Of a stretch of 64,000 bases of DNA, positions 10,138 through 20,263 are shown one piece after another. Every line of letters starts with the position of its first letter. Position 1 is the first letter of the stretch. The DNA is from Acidobacteriota bacterium (GTDB lineage Bacteria > Acidobacteriota > CAIWXX01): NCBI GenBank assembly GCA_040755995.1, contig JBFMAF010000052.1, positions 32,001 through 96,000 of the forward strand, in the 5' to 3' direction. The notes beneath the pieces are model-generated. The model was not told where the DNA came from, did no database searches, and saw nothing but the letters and a program-made list of their open reading frames with translations. Made by a program: the position numbers and the translations under genes.

Positions 10138-11133
10138 ATGGAAATCATGACGAACGCCGACATACGCGAAGAGCTGCAGAACCGCCGGAAGCGGCTCGAG
10201 GCTGTGGTCAGTTCAGTGCCGCTCAGTACGCATCTCGCGGAGCTGATGGAGGAGGTGGATGCGGCGCTGGAGCGGATGAACAGCGGGACGTACGGCCTCT
10301 GCGAGGAGTGCCACGACCCGATCGAGCGGGATCGGCTGGTGGCCGACCCGTTGACCCGCTTCTGCATTGACCACCTGAGCGCCAGGGAACGCACCGCGCT
10401 CCAGGAGGACCTCGACCTGGCCTCGCGCGTCCAGAATGCGCTGCTGCCCAAGCAGATCACGGTGTACAGCGGCTGGGAGATCGCGCACGCCTACTTCGCT
10501 GCCGGCCCGGTCAGCGGCGACTACTGCGACGTGGTCATACCGGAGGACGAGGCCGGGCACCTGTTTCTTGCGATCGGGGACGTTTCGGGGAAGGGCGTCG
10601 CTGCGTCCATGCTGATGGCTCACCTGAATGCCACGTTTCGGAGCCTGGCGCGGATCGGCTTGCCTGTGGGCAACCTGATCCAACGCGCGAACCGGCTGTT
10701 CTGCGAGAGCATCATGCCGGGCCACTACGCCACGCTGGTGTGCGGGCGCGCGGAGGCCTCAGGCGAGATTGAACTCTGCAACGCCGGTCACCCCCCGCCG
10801 CTTCTCGCTCATGGCGGCGATGTGACGCGGGTGGAGGAGGCCGGGCTGCCGCTCGGCATGTTCTGCAGCGGGTACTACAATAGTAGTAAAGTCATCCTCA
10901 CCCCGGGCGACACGCTGCTCCTTTACACTGACGGCCTTACGGAGGCCCGCAACCGGTCGTCGGAAGAATACGGCATCGATCGCCTGTACTGGGCCCTGTT
11001 GGACAATCCGGACGCCGAGCCGCAGGCTCTAATCGAACGGCTCATAGCCGAGCTGCGGGAGTTCCAGGCCGGGGCGCCACAGGTCGATGACATGACGATC
11101 ATGGTCGTCCGGCGCTCCGGGGTGGTGGACTGA
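10138..11133 (+). CDS. PP2C/SpoIIE (RsbU-like) phosphatase with N-terminal DksA/TraR-type zinc finger
   Basis: GTYGLCEECHDPIERDRLVADPLTRFCIDH; VSGDYCD, IGDVSGKG, NAGHPPP, YTDGLTE, DDMT; GAGGAG RBS. Confidence 0.88.
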   Translation: MEIMTNADIREELQNRRKRLEAVVSSVPLSTHLAELMEEVDAALERMNSGTYGLCEECHDPIERDRLVADPLTRFCIDHLSARERTALQEDLDLASRVQNALLPKQITVYSGWEIAHAYFAAGPVSGDYCDVVIPEDEAGHLFLAIGDVSGKGVAASMLMAHLNATFRSLARIGLPVGNLIQRANRLFCESIMPGHYATLVCGRAEASGEIELCNAGHPPPLLAHGGDVTRVEEAGLPLGMFCSGYYNSSKVILTPGDTLLLYTDGLTEARNRSSEEYGIDRLYWALLDNPDAEPQALIERLIAELREFQAGAPQVDDMTIMVVRRSGVVD

Positions 11134-11391
11134 GAGCGCGACTCGGATTCTGCGTCTGAATTCGATGAACAGGCCGGTGGTGTCCGCGACCCGCGTGCTA
11201 CGGCGTGAGCGTACTCCGATCACAGTTTGAACCTGCGAGTAGCAAGGCCCGGCCTCGGACCGACAGGCGTGACGCGCACCCGTACGGGCTCGGGACCAGA
11301 GGCGGGAACGGGTACGTAGCGGCAGCCCGGCGGACACTCATGGAATAAACGCGCGCAGGGGCCGGTAGTGTGTATGGACTCGGGGAGGACT

Positions 11392-11421
11392 TTGACCCCA
11401 GGGGACTTCAGAGGCTAGAAT
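11392..11421 (+). promoter_or_regulatory. Putative sigma70 promoter for the secretion operon
   Basis: TTGACC-18 nt-TAGAAT just upstream of ATG 11434. Confidence 0.5.
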
Positions 11422-11433
11422 CGGCGATTTGCT

Positions 11434-12648
11434 ATGGCTTTGTACCAGTGCAAGGTTGGGACTGAGAAGGGGGAGGTATTCACTCGATCGGTCTGGGCGG
11501 ATTCGGACGAGGAGCTTCGGCGGGAGTTCGAGAGCAAGGGGCTCTTTCTCCTCTCCGCCAGGAAGAACTGGCTCAACGCCCTCTTCAGCCCGCGCAAGCT
11601 GATTTCGCGGGGCGCCATAAAGGAACAGGACTTCCTGATTTTCAACCAGGAATTCGCGGCGCTGGTCCGCTCGGGCCTCCCGATTCTCCGCGCGCTGGAA
11701 GTGATCATCGAACGGCTCCGGGAGGGGTTCTTCAAGGAAACCCTGATCGACATCCGGGAGAAGATAAAGTCGGGCTACCTGCTGTCAGAGGCGTTCCGCG
11801 AGAAGAAGCGTCACTTTCCGCCCGTCTACTCCGCGTCGCTGCTCGCGGGCGAGCGGAGCGGCAACATCGACGCCGTCCTGAAGCGCTATATGGTGTACCA
11901 GCAGCAAATGCTGGCGGCGCGGCGGAAGGTCGTGGGTTCGCTGATCTATCCGGCGGTGCTGTTCTCGATGGCGCTGGGACTTATCGCGATCATGATGGTC
12001 TTCGTGATCCCCAAGTTCAGCGACTTCTACGCCGACTTCGAGGGATCGCTGCCCGTGACCACTCTGGCCCTCGTCGGCGTGGCGAATTTCCTCCATCACA
12101 ACGCCCTTGCCGTCCTGGCGACTCTCCTCGCGCTGGGCCTGATGCTCAGGGCGTGGGCGCGAAAGGAATCCGGGCGGCTGACCCTGGACAGGTGGAAATT
12201 CCGTGTGCCTGTGTTCGGAAGCATCTGGCAGGAGTTCTCGATCTCTCAATTCGCGCGAACATTCGCCACTCTGATCACTGGCGGGATCCCCGCAGTGGAC
12301 GCGATGGAGGTCGCCGGGGGGGCCATGAGCAACTCGTACATGTCGCGCGAGGCGCTGAGATCGGTGCAGAAGGTACGGGAGGGCGAGAGCGTCTCATCGG
12401 CGCTCGCTTCGACGAAGCTTTTTTCTCCGATGTCGCTTGAGATGATCCAGGTCGGCGAGACCACCGGGAGCCTTGATACGCTGCTAAACGAGCTCGCCAA
12501 TTTCTACGACGAGCGGGTCGAGACGCGCATCGCGACCCTCCTGTCGCTGCTCGAGCCGGTCGTCCTCGTCGTGATGGGCCTGATCGTCGCCGGCATGCTG
12601 GTCTCGATCTACTTGCCGTTGTTCAACGTGTCGCGCGTCGTCCACTGA
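11434..12648 (+). CDS. pilC: Type II secretion/type IV pilus inner-membrane platform protein (GspF/PilC)
   Basis: LVRSGLPI, AGERSGN, YPAV, VGETTGSL, EP...IYLPLF. Confidence 0.92.
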   Translation: MALYQCKVGTEKGEVFTRSVWADSDEELRREFESKGLFLLSARKNWLNALFSPRKLISRGAIKEQDFLIFNQEFAALVRSGLPILRALEVIIERLREGFFKETLIDIREKIKSGYLLSEAFREKKRHFPPVYSASLLAGERSGNIDAVLKRYMVYQQQMLAARRKVVGSLIYPAVLFSMALGLIAIMMVFVIPKFSDFYADFEGSLPVTTLALVGVANFLHHNALAVLATLLALGLMLRAWARKESGRLTLDRWKFRVPVFGSIWQEFSISQFARTFATLITGGIPAVDAMEVAGGAMSNSYMSREALRSVQKVREGESVSSALASTKLFSPMSLEMIQVGETTGSLDTLLNELANFYDERVETRIATLLSLLEPVVLVVMGLIVAGMLVSIYLPLFNVSRVVH

Positions 12649-12751
12649 AAAAAGGGACAAGGGAAAAGGGGAAAGGGTGCAGGCTGAGGTCGTGAAGCGA
12701 ATCCCAGTTGTGTGGGTGAGGGAAGAGCGAAAGGGAAAAGGGTAGAGGGAA
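12649..12751 (+). repeat. Purine-rich degenerate heptamer repeats (AAGGGAA/AAGGGAC-like)
   Basis: aaagggacaagggaaaaggggaaaggg...aaagggaaaagggtagagggaa in the pilC-pilB spacer. Confidence 0.65.
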
Positions 12752-14380
12752 ATGCCTAGTCCAATGATGGAGAAGCAGGGGAGCATTAGCGAGCAGGAGC
12801 GGGTGCGCGAGGAGGAGCACGCCCGGGCGCTCGCCGCGCGCTACGGCCTCCCGTACGTCGATTTGAACATGGTCTCGTTCGACCCGAAGCTTCTGCGGAC
12901 GATACCGGTCGAGCTGATGTACAAGTACAATTTCATCCCGCTGAAGAAGGTGGGCGGGGCGATTCATGTAGCGATCGCGGATCCATCGGAGTTGCCGCAG
13001 ATCGACGAGCTCGAGCTGCTGCTCGGCGGCAACATCCAGGTCTACGTGGGCACCAACTGGGCGATCCAGGAGACGCTGAAGAAGAGCGAGAGCTCGCAGC
13101 GCGTGCTGGACGAGGCCACCGAGGGGTTCAGGCTGCAGGTGATACCGGAGGAGGAGAACGGCGAGGAGACGTTGTCGATCGACCGGCTCACGACCGACGG
13201 CGCCTCGATGATCAAGCTGGTGGATTCGATCATCTTCACCGCGGTCCAGCGGCGCGCCTCCGATATTCACGTCGAGACGCGCGATCGCGAGGTTATCGTG
13301 AAGTACCGCATCGACGGCGTGTTGTACCAGGCGATGGAGCCGATCGACAAGAAATTCCAGGCGGCCATCATCTCGCGCGTGAAGGTCATGTCGGAGCTCG
13401 ACATCGCCGAGCGCCGCGTGCCGCAGGACGGGCGGTTCCGGCTGAGGCTCAAGGGCAAGACCATCGACTTCCGCGTATCGATCATGCCGAGTGTCTTCGG
13501 CGAGGACGCGGTCATCCGGATACTCGACAAGGAGTCGATCAACGAGTCTTTCGCCGAGCTGCGGCTGGATCTGCTCGGCTTCTCGGGAAAGATCCTGAAG
13601 CAGCTCCGGAAGTACATCGCTGAACCCTACGGGATGGTGCTCGTCACCGGCCCGACCGGAAGTGGAAAGACCACGACTCTCTATGCGGCGCTCTCCGAGA
13701 TCAAGAGCCCCGAGGACAAGATCGTCACGATCGAGGACCCGGTGGAGTACCAGATCGTCGGGATCACGCAGGTCCCAGTGAACGAGAAGAAAGGGCTCAC
13801 CTTCGCGCGCGGGCTGCGTTCCATTCTGCGCCACGACCCCGACAAGATCATGGTTGGCGAGATCCGCGACCCTGAGACTGCGCAGATTGCGATCCAATCC
13901 GCCCTTACTGGCCACCTTGTCTTCACGACCGTGCACGCGAACAACGTCATCGACGTGCTCGGCCGGTTCCTCCACATGGGTGTCGAGCCGTACAACTTCG
14001 TCTCGGCGTTGATCTGCATCATCGCCCAGCGCCTCGTCCGGCTGCTATGCCCCCTCTGCAAGATGCCGGTGCGGGCGGATACGGAGCTGCTGGTGGAGTC
14101 AGGACTGGATACGGCGACCTACCGGGATTTCACCTTCTACCAGGCTCGCGGATGCCCCGACTGCCAGGGCACCGGGTTCAAGGGCCGCTCGGCCATCTCC
14201 GAGCTGCTGCCGTTGAGCGACCGCATCCGCCAGCTCATCCTCGACCGCAAGTCGGTCGCGGAGATCAAGCAGGCGGCCCGGGAGGAAGGGATGACCTTCC
14301 TGCGCGAATCCGCCGTGCAGAAGGTCCTCGACGGGCTCACCACTTTGCGCGAGATCAACAAGGTCACGTTCGTGGAGTAG
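12752..14380 (+). CDS. pilB: T2SS/T4P assembly ATPase (GspE/PilB)
   Basis: ASDIHVE, RVPQDGRF, Walker A GPTGSGKTT, TIEDPVEY, LRHDPDKIMVGEIRD, TGHLV, tetracysteine motif. Confidence 0.95.
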   Translation: MPSPMMEKQGSISEQERVREEEHARALAARYGLPYVDLNMVSFDPKLLRTIPVELMYKYNFIPLKKVGGAIHVAIADPSELPQIDELELLLGGNIQVYVGTNWAIQETLKKSESSQRVLDEATEGFRLQVIPEEENGEETLSIDRLTTDGASMIKLVDSIIFTAVQRRASDIHVETRDREVIVKYRIDGVLYQAMEPIDKKFQAAIISRVKVMSELDIAERRVPQDGRFRLRLKGKTIDFRVSIMPSVFGEDAVIRILDKESINESFAELRLDLLGFSGKILKQLRKYIAEPYGMVLVTGPTGSGKTTTLYAALSEIKSPEDKIVTIEDPVEYQIVGITQVPVNEKKGLTFARGLRSILRHDPDKIMVGEIRDPETAQIAIQSALTGHLVFTTVHANNVIDVLGRFLHMGVEPYNFVSALICIIAQRLVRLLCPLCKMPVRADTELLVESGLDTATYRDFTFYQARGCPDCQGTGFKGRSAISELLPLSDRIRQLILDRKSVAEIKQAAREEGMTFLRESAVQKVLDGLTTLREINKVTFVE

Positions 14381-14383
14381 GCA

Positions 14384-15382
14384 TTGATACTGCTGCCGAC
14401 GTTTACACGAGTCAAGAACGCACTCGCGGATTTCTTTGTCCGGCCCCACTATCCGGGTGAAGTCATCGAGATCCTGCAGGATCGGTGCACGGCCATTTCG
14501 GTCCAGCGCAAGAACGGCCGGATTCGAATCCGGTCGGCCGCCGTCTCGGACCTGCCGCGGGGCGCCGTACAGCCCCATTTCTCGCAGAAGAACATGGTCG
14601 ACGAGACCCCGGTGGTAGATACCTGCGCGGACGCGATGAAGAAAGCCGGGATCGAACCGGGCGCCGTCACGCTCCTGATCCCCGAAGGCTGCGTCAAGGT
14701 CACGATCATCGACGACTTCGAATCGCTGCCGCGCGAGTCGGAGTACGTGCGCGAGCTCATCCTGCAGAAGCTGCGAAAGACGCTGCCGTTCCCGACGCAG
14801 GAGGCTGTCCTCTCGTGGCAGGTGCTCCGCAAGACCCCCAAGCCGCTGGTGGTAACCATGATCGTCCACACGGGCATCCTTGCACAGTACCTGACCATCG
14901 CGGAGAGACTCGGATGCCACGCCGGGTGCGTCGACATCCCCAGCTTCAACCTGCTGCCCGTGGTCCATGCCACAGGCGTTCCGCTCGGCGCCGGAGGCAG
15001 CGTCCTGCTCGTGAACGTCGACCGCAATTACCTGTCGCAGGCATTGATCGCCCATGGCGACATGATTCTGTTCAGGACCAAGGCGCGCAGCTTCGTCGAG
15101 ACAAACGGAGCCTCGAAGCCGCTCCTGCACGGCATGGTCGAAGAGGTCCTGACCACCGCGCGCTACTACGAAGACAAGATCTCCGGCGGCCAGCCGGTCG
15201 GGCTCCTTCTCGTTCGCGAGACCGGCGGCCATCTCAACGAGCTGTGCCAACGAATCGGTACCGATACACGGTCCGAAGTCCGGGCCATGGGGATTCAGGA
15301 TATCCTTGCGGCGGATGCCGAGACTCCCAGCCCGGTCATGACCCAGATGCTGCTTCCTCTGATCGGGGCTGCGCTGCGATGA
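14384..15382 (+). CDS. PilM-like actin-fold alignment protein
   Basis: Position after the ATPase; LPRGAV, LPFP motifs; start codon (TTG) uncertain. Confidence 0.65.
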   Translation: MILLPTFTRVKNALADFFVRPHYPGEVIEILQDRCTAISVQRKNGRIRIRSAAVSDLPRGAVQPHFSQKNMVDETPVVDTCADAMKKAGIEPGAVTLLIPEGCVKVTIIDDFESLPRESEYVRELILQKLRKTLPFPTQEAVLSWQVLRKTPKPLVVTMIVHTGILAQYLTIAERLGCHAGCVDIPSFNLLPVVHATGVPLGAGGSVLLVNVDRNYLSQALIAHGDMILFRTKARSFVETNGASKPLLHGMVEEVLTTARYYEDKISGGQPVGLLLVRETGGHLNELCQRIGTDTRSEVRAMGIQDILAADAETPSPVMTQMLLPLIGAALR

Positions 15383-16008
15383 AGCTGAACATCAATCTCT
15401 CACCGTCCCCTTTCCAAAACCTCAACATCCTCTACACTGCACTGGCCCTGGCCTCCCTGCTCGCCCTCACCCTGACCGTCTACAACGGCTGGTCGGCCGC
15501 GTCCTCCTGGAGGAAGAAGAACGCGTTCATGTCGAAACGCGACAAGACCGAGTGGGACAGTGCCAAGGGCCGCGAGATGAAGCAGAGTCTGCTGGCCGAG
15601 ATCGAGACGCTCGAGAAACGGCCCGAGCTCGACCAGGTGGCGTTCGTGAATCACCAGATCGAGCGCAGGACACTCTCCTGGACACGCCTCCTGGACTGGT
15701 TGGAGGCCACTATGCCGCCGGCAGTCATCGTGACGAGCATCAGGCCTTCCATACCGGAGAAGGGCGAGGGCCCCATCGGCCTCAGTATCAGCTTCAAAGC
15801 CAAGACGCTTGACGCCGCACTCGCCTTCATGAAACGCATGCGGAACTCGGGAGCATTCCCGCAGGTCGTGCCGTTGAGCGAGTCGACGCCGCAGGCGGGG
15901 AACGTGATCGAGTTCCAGGTGCAGGCATCTTACAACCGCGCGGCCGGCACACCGCCTCCGCCCAAGGATGACACGGCAGAAGAAGCAGAGGGAGGAGGCG
16001 AGCCGTGA
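15379..16008 (+). CDS. PilN-like protein
   Basis: INL N-terminal motif, single TM, coiled coil, SWTRLLDWLEATMPPAV; ATGA coupling. Confidence 0.8.
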   Translation: MKLNINLSPSPFQNLNILYTALALASLLALTLTVYNGWSAASSWRKKNAFMSKRDKTEWDSAKGREMKQSLLAEIETLEKRPELDQVAFVNHQIERRTLSWTRLLDWLEATMPPAVIVTSIRPSIPEKGEGPIGLSISFKAKTLDAALAFMKRMRNSGAFPQVVPLSESTPQAGNVIEFQVQASYNRAAGTPPPPKDDTAEEAEGGGEP

Positions 16009-16556
16009 GAACACAACGAATGCGCGTTGCGTTCATCCTGACGATCCTGCTCGTCGCCGCCAACCTCGCCTTCCTGTACGGGGTGACGCGAAAGTGGAAG
16101 CGGGATGTCGAGGATCTCGGAGAGATGGAACGCCAGAGGCTGGAGAAGATCGCAGCGGAGAAGAAGGAGGTCGAGGATCTGGAGGCCCGCAAGAAACAGC
16201 TCAACGCGGCCCTCAACGACGTGACCTACTTCTTCGACCGCCTGGTCATCAGCGAAAAAGACGGATACGACCGCGTACGCCGCACGCTGCAGAAGCTCTC
16301 CGAAGACACCGGCACAACGATCAACTCCATCAACTACACGCTCGAAGGGGAGAGTGAGCGGCGGCTCCAGGTCCTCGCCCTCACATTCCAGGTCACCGGG
16401 AGTTACGAGCAGATCCGAGGGTTTCTCGCCGGCATAGAAACGTCTCCCACACTCTTGATCGTGGACGGCATAGATCTGACCAGCGGCGGCCAGGCCGAAG
16501 ACAACGTCACGCTGAACCTGAGGCTATCCACGTTGCTCAGGAAAGCAGCCGCCTGA
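16005..16556 (+). CDS. PilO/GspM-like protein
   Basis: TM, coiled coil, VTGSYEQIRGFLAGIE. Confidence 0.8.
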   Translation: MRTQRMRVAFILTILLVAANLAFLYGVTRKWKRDVEDLGEMERQRLEKIAAEKKEVEDLEARKKQLNAALNDVTYFFDRLVISEKDGYDRVRRTLQKLSEDTGTTINSINYTLEGESERRLQVLALTFQVTGSYEQIRGFLAGIETSPTLLIVDGIDLTSGGQAEDNVTLNLRLSTLLRKAAA

Positions 16557-16563
16557 CGCAGCC

Positions 16564-17106
16564 ATGAAGCTAGACTTGACGGGGGTGAAGGTCCGGAAGG
16601 AGTTCGTCCTTCTGGCGATCCTGGTGGGGACCTGGCTGGTGTGGTTCTATCGCGAGCCGCTGGGGTTGGTCAGCGGACGCGGTTCAGCGGCCGCGCCTTC
16701 GGTCCAGACGGTCGCCGCAGCGACCCCGTCCTCGCCGGCAGCGCGTGTGGTGGAGACAGGCGGAGCTGTCTCGCGGCTTCGTCTCGAGCTGCTCAGGAAG
16801 CATGATGCGACGGAGGACTCGGCCTCGCGCAGGAATCCGTTCATATTCCCACGGCCCAAGCCCACACCGGCCGAGCTCATCCAGGATGCTGCACCGCCTC
16901 CCAAGCCGAGACCCACGGCCGATTACCAGGGTTACCTGACCAGTGACGGCAAGCGTTACGCGCTGATCAAGATGAACAATGAGGCGCAGGTGGTGCAGGA
17001 GGGCGGCGGGCTGCCCTCGGGTTACACGCTGGTCAGCGTCTCTCCCGTGCAGATCGTCTTGAAAGACTCGGATGGTGAGACATACAAGTTCGCCTTGCCG
17101 AGATGA
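16564..17106 (+). CDS. PilP/GspC-like membrane-anchored protein
   Basis: TM, RNPF motif, Pro-rich linker, YQG..ALI...V.EG beta domain. Confidence 0.6.
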   Translation: MKLDLTGVKVRKEFVLLAILVGTWLVWFYREPLGLVSGRGSAAAPSVQTVAAATPSSPAARVVETGGAVSRLRLELLRKHDATEDSASRRNPFIFPRPKPTPAELIQDAAPPPKPRPTADYQGYLTSDGKRYALIKMNNEAQVVQEGGGLPSGYTLVSVSPVQIVLKDSDGETYKFALPR

Positions 17107-17119
17107 TGATGGAGAAGCG

Positions 17120-19405
17120 ATGAGAAAGTACCTGTTGATCACGGCACTGATGCCTGCGCTGCTGGCCCTTGGCTGCGCAGGAACCAAGTACTACAAATCC
17201 GGGCGGCAGGCTGCGGCCGCGCAGGACTGGGAGCGGGCGGTGGCGGAGTACACGCACGCGCTCAAGGAGGAACCCGGCAACAGGATATACCGGCTCCAGC
17301 TCCTCAAGGCGCTTCACGAAGCCGCTTACAAGCATGTGACGGCGGGCCAGAAGATGGCGGAAGCCAAGGATTACAAGGGAGCGGTGGCGGAGTACCAGAA
17401 GGCGATCGAGTACGAGCCGTCGAACCAGTTCGCGGTGCTCCTGCTCAAGACCGCCCAGGAGGCGATGAACGCTCCACCGCTCGAACCGGGCGCGACACCT
17501 GAGACGCAGGCAGTTGGACCGCAGGTGAAGCAGCTGCCCGACACGCCGGTCAATCTCGATTTCAAGAATGCCAACATCAAGGACATCATCCGCGCCCTCG
17601 GCAAGTATGGAGACGTGAATTTCGTCTTCGACGACAGCGTCGCAGACAAGAACTTCAGCATCACTCTGCAGAACGTCAGCTTCGACAAGGCGCTCACCGC
17701 CATCATGGTCTCGACGCATCACTTCTTCCGGATCCTGGACCCTTCCACCATTCTCATCGCCCAGGACAACCCGATGAAGCGGCGGCAGATCGAGCAGGAG
17801 CAGATCAGGACGTTCTACGTGTCGAATGCCGATCTGAACGAGATGCGCGGAATCCTTCAGCAGACCATCCAGGTCAAGTTCGTGGGCGTCAATACGGCGC
17901 TCGGAGCGATCACGGTGCGCGACACGCCGGAGAAGCTGAGGGTGGTCGAGCGGCTCATCGAAGCCAACGACAAGAGCAAGGGCGAGGTGCTGCTGGAGCT
18001 GGAGATAATCGAGGTCAACCGGCAGAAAGTCCAGCAGTTCGGGCTGGACCTGGGAACCAACGCTGCTGCGCAGCCCACGACCGTCACCGGCGCCTTCTCG
18101 CCCGAGGGTTCGACCGGCGGCATCATCCGCGGCCGGGATTTCCTCACGGCCAACTCGCTGGACTACGTGTTCACCCTTCCCACCGTCGCCTACAAGCTCC
18201 TTCTCAGCGACGCCGACTCCAAGGTGATCGCGAATCCGAAGCTGAGGGGAGTCGAGGGAAAACCGATGTCGCTCAAGATGGGTGACAGGGTGCCCATCCC
18301 CGTGACTACTTTCACGCCGATCGCCGGCGGAGGGGCCGCCCAGCAGCCAATCACGTCGTTCCAGTACGAGAATATCGGCATCAACCTCGACGTCACCCCC
18401 AAGATCCATCGCAACAACGAGATCACCCTGGAGATGAAGCTCGATATCTCGGCAATCTCGGGGACGGGCTTCGGAGGGCTCCCGACATTCGGTAACCGGC
18501 AGGTGAACGCCACCATGCGGTTGCGCGAAGGCGAGAGCAATCTGCTCGGCGGACTGCTGCGCGAAGAGGAGAGGAAGGTCGTCTCGGGGCTCCCGGGAAT
18601 CATGAACGTGCCGTTCATAGGCAAGCTCTTCTCGTATAACGACAAGCGCAAAACGCAGACCGATATCGTGCTCTCGCTTACACCGCACATAATCAGGCTG
18701 CCGATGATCACCGAGGAGGACCGGCAGCCCATGTGGGTCGGCACCGAAGAGAACCCGTCTCCGATGGCTTCGCTGCAGCCGATGCGAGGGCCGATGGGCC
18801 GGGAGGAGCCGTCGTTCCAGCCCGGCGAAGAGCCCGGCCGGATGCCGCGCCACGGACGTGGCGGACCAGAGGAGCCGCCGATGGAAGAGGCGCCGGGACC
18901 CGAGGAGGAACCGCCGCCGGAGGTGCCGCAGGGCGGGAGAGCCGCGCTGATGCTCAGCCCGACCTCCAGCGAGGTGGCGCTGAATGCGCAGTTCAGCATC
19001 GCGCTGAACGTGGTGAATGCCGAGAACGTGGGCTCCGCAAACATCACCTTGCGGTACGATCCCGAGTTCCTGAGACTGCAGGAGGCGAACGTCCAGGAAG
19101 GCAGCTTCATGAAGGAAGGCGGCGGGCAGACGTCGTTCTTCAAGACCGTGGATAGCGCGAGCGGCACGCTCACGATCGGGATCACGCGATCCACACCCGG
19201 CAAGGGCGCTTCGGGTTCGGGAAACCTCATCACGCTGGTGTTCGAAGCGACGAGCGAGGGGAGCTGCAGCGTCGACATCGAGAGAGCGACCCTCACAAAC
19301 GCCCAGTTCCAGCCGATCGCAGCCGATATCTCGTCCGTGTCGGACGTCGATATCTACTCGGAAGAGGGCATGCCGGAGGAGGAGCCGCTCGATGAACAGC
19401 AGTGA
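17120..19405 (+). CDS. Secretin (GspD/PilQ family) lipoprotein with N-terminal TPR-like region and C-terminal cohesin-like domain
   Basis: Lipobox LALGC; ANPKLR, GDRVPI, NIGINLDVTP, GLPGIMNVPFIGKLF, LTPHII; Pro/Glu linker then LRYDP...SGSGNLITLVF. Confidence 0.9.
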   Translation: MRKYLLITALMPALLALGCAGTKYYKSGRQAAAAQDWERAVAEYTHALKEEPGNRIYRLQLLKALHEAAYKHVTAGQKMAEAKDYKGAVAEYQKAIEYEPSNQFAVLLLKTAQEAMNAPPLEPGATPETQAVGPQVKQLPDTPVNLDFKNANIKDIIRALGKYGDVNFVFDDSVADKNFSITLQNVSFDKALTAIMVSTHHFFRILDPSTILIAQDNPMKRRQIEQEQIRTFYVSNADLNEMRGILQQTIQVKFVGVNTALGAITVRDTPEKLRVVERLIEANDKSKGEVLLELEIIEVNRQKVQQFGLDLGTNAAAQPTTVTGAFSPEGSTGGIIRGRDFLTANSLDYVFTLPTVAYKLLLSDADSKVIANPKLRGVEGKPMSLKMGDRVPIPVTTFTPIAGGGAAQQPITSFQYENIGINLDVTPKIHRNNEITLEMKLDISAISGTGFGGLPTFGNRQVNATMRLREGESNLLGGLLREEERKVVSGLPGIMNVPFIGKLFSYNDKRKTQTDIVLSLTPHIIRLPMITEEDRQPMWVGTEENPSPMASLQPMRGPMGREEPSFQPGEEPGRMPRHGRGGPEEPPMEEAPGPEEEPPPEVPQGGRAALMLSPTSSEVALNAQFSIALNVVNAENVGSANITLRYDPEFLRLQEANVQEGSFMKEGGGQTSFFKTVDSASGTLTIGITRSTPGKGASGSGNLITLVFEATSEGSCSVDIERATLTNAQFQPIAADISSVSDVDIYSEEGMPEEEPLDEQQ

Positions 19406-19420
19406 TCATTCGGGAATGAT

Positions 19421-19462
19421 GCGACGCGGAGACGCGGAGAAGCTGAGACGCGGAGAAGAGGC
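19421..19462 (+). repeat. Short GACGCGGA-type 8-mer repeats
   Basis: gacgcggagacgcggagaagctgagacgcggaga. Confidence 0.55.
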
Positions 19463-19511
19463 GACTGCCGATCTGGAGGATGGCCGCAACATCGGCGGCG
19501 GAGGAGTGACG

Positions 19512-20195
19512 ATGAAGAAGTTCTTGAGACCGACTCTCATACTGTTCGTGATCGCGATGATAAACGCCTGCAACGACAAGGAGTGCCACTACCAGGAAGG
19601 TGTCGCGACCCTCACGGTGTCGGCGAACCCGTCGTCTATCTCCGCCATCGCTGGCGAATCGTGGGTGACTGCGATCGGTACGGGCCAGGACTACCTGCCG
19701 ATGCCGGATGGCACGGTGGTGAATTTCGTGTCGGATATGGGGGCTTTTGAGCAGGGCGCCGTTGCGACGACATCGGGCGGAATAGCGCGAATCAGATTCC
19801 TGAGCGACGGAAAGAACGGGACGGCCAATATCTACGCCAGGACCGGCACCACGACATCCCCGACGATTCAGGTCAAGATAGGTATACCGGCTGTGGCGTC
19901 GATGATACTGATTGCCAACCCTGGCACGGTCGACGGGGAGGGTGGAAATGTCCACTTGACGGCGACAGTGTACAGCAACGACCAGATACCGCTTCAGGGG
20001 ATTCCGGTTGTCTTCAGCACGGACAACGGCCGGCTGGCCAGCAACGGATCCCCCAGACCGAGCGATTTCAAAGGGCAGTCCAAGGATACCCTCACCCTCT
20101 ACCGCAACGCGACGGGCGATGTACTGGAGATCACCGTCACGGCCACCGTGGGCAGCACCTCGGCTACGGCGAGCATCCAGCAGCTGAAACCGTAG
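19512..20195 (+). CDS. Lipoprotein with two invasin/intimin-type Ig-like (Big_1) domains
   Basis: GAGGAG RBS, lipobox INAC; two repeats L.ANP.....TATV...P..G..V.F.TD.G. Confidence 0.75.
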   Translation: MKKFLRPTLILFVIAMINACNDKECHYQEGVATLTVSANPSSISAIAGESWVTAIGTGQDYLPMPDGTVVNFVSDMGAFEQGAVATTSGGIARIRFLSDGKNGTANIYARTGTTTSPTIQVKIGIPAVASMILIANPGTVDGEGGNVHLTATVYSNDQIPLQGIPVVFSTDNGRLASNGSPRPSDFKGQSKDTLTLYRNATGDVLEITVTATVGSTSATASIQQLKP

Positions 20196-20263
20196 AGGAA
20201 GGCCCCCGTGCTGGAGCCCGGTCGCGGTTCATCCCGACTCGACTCAGGTTGGTGTGACGAGTC

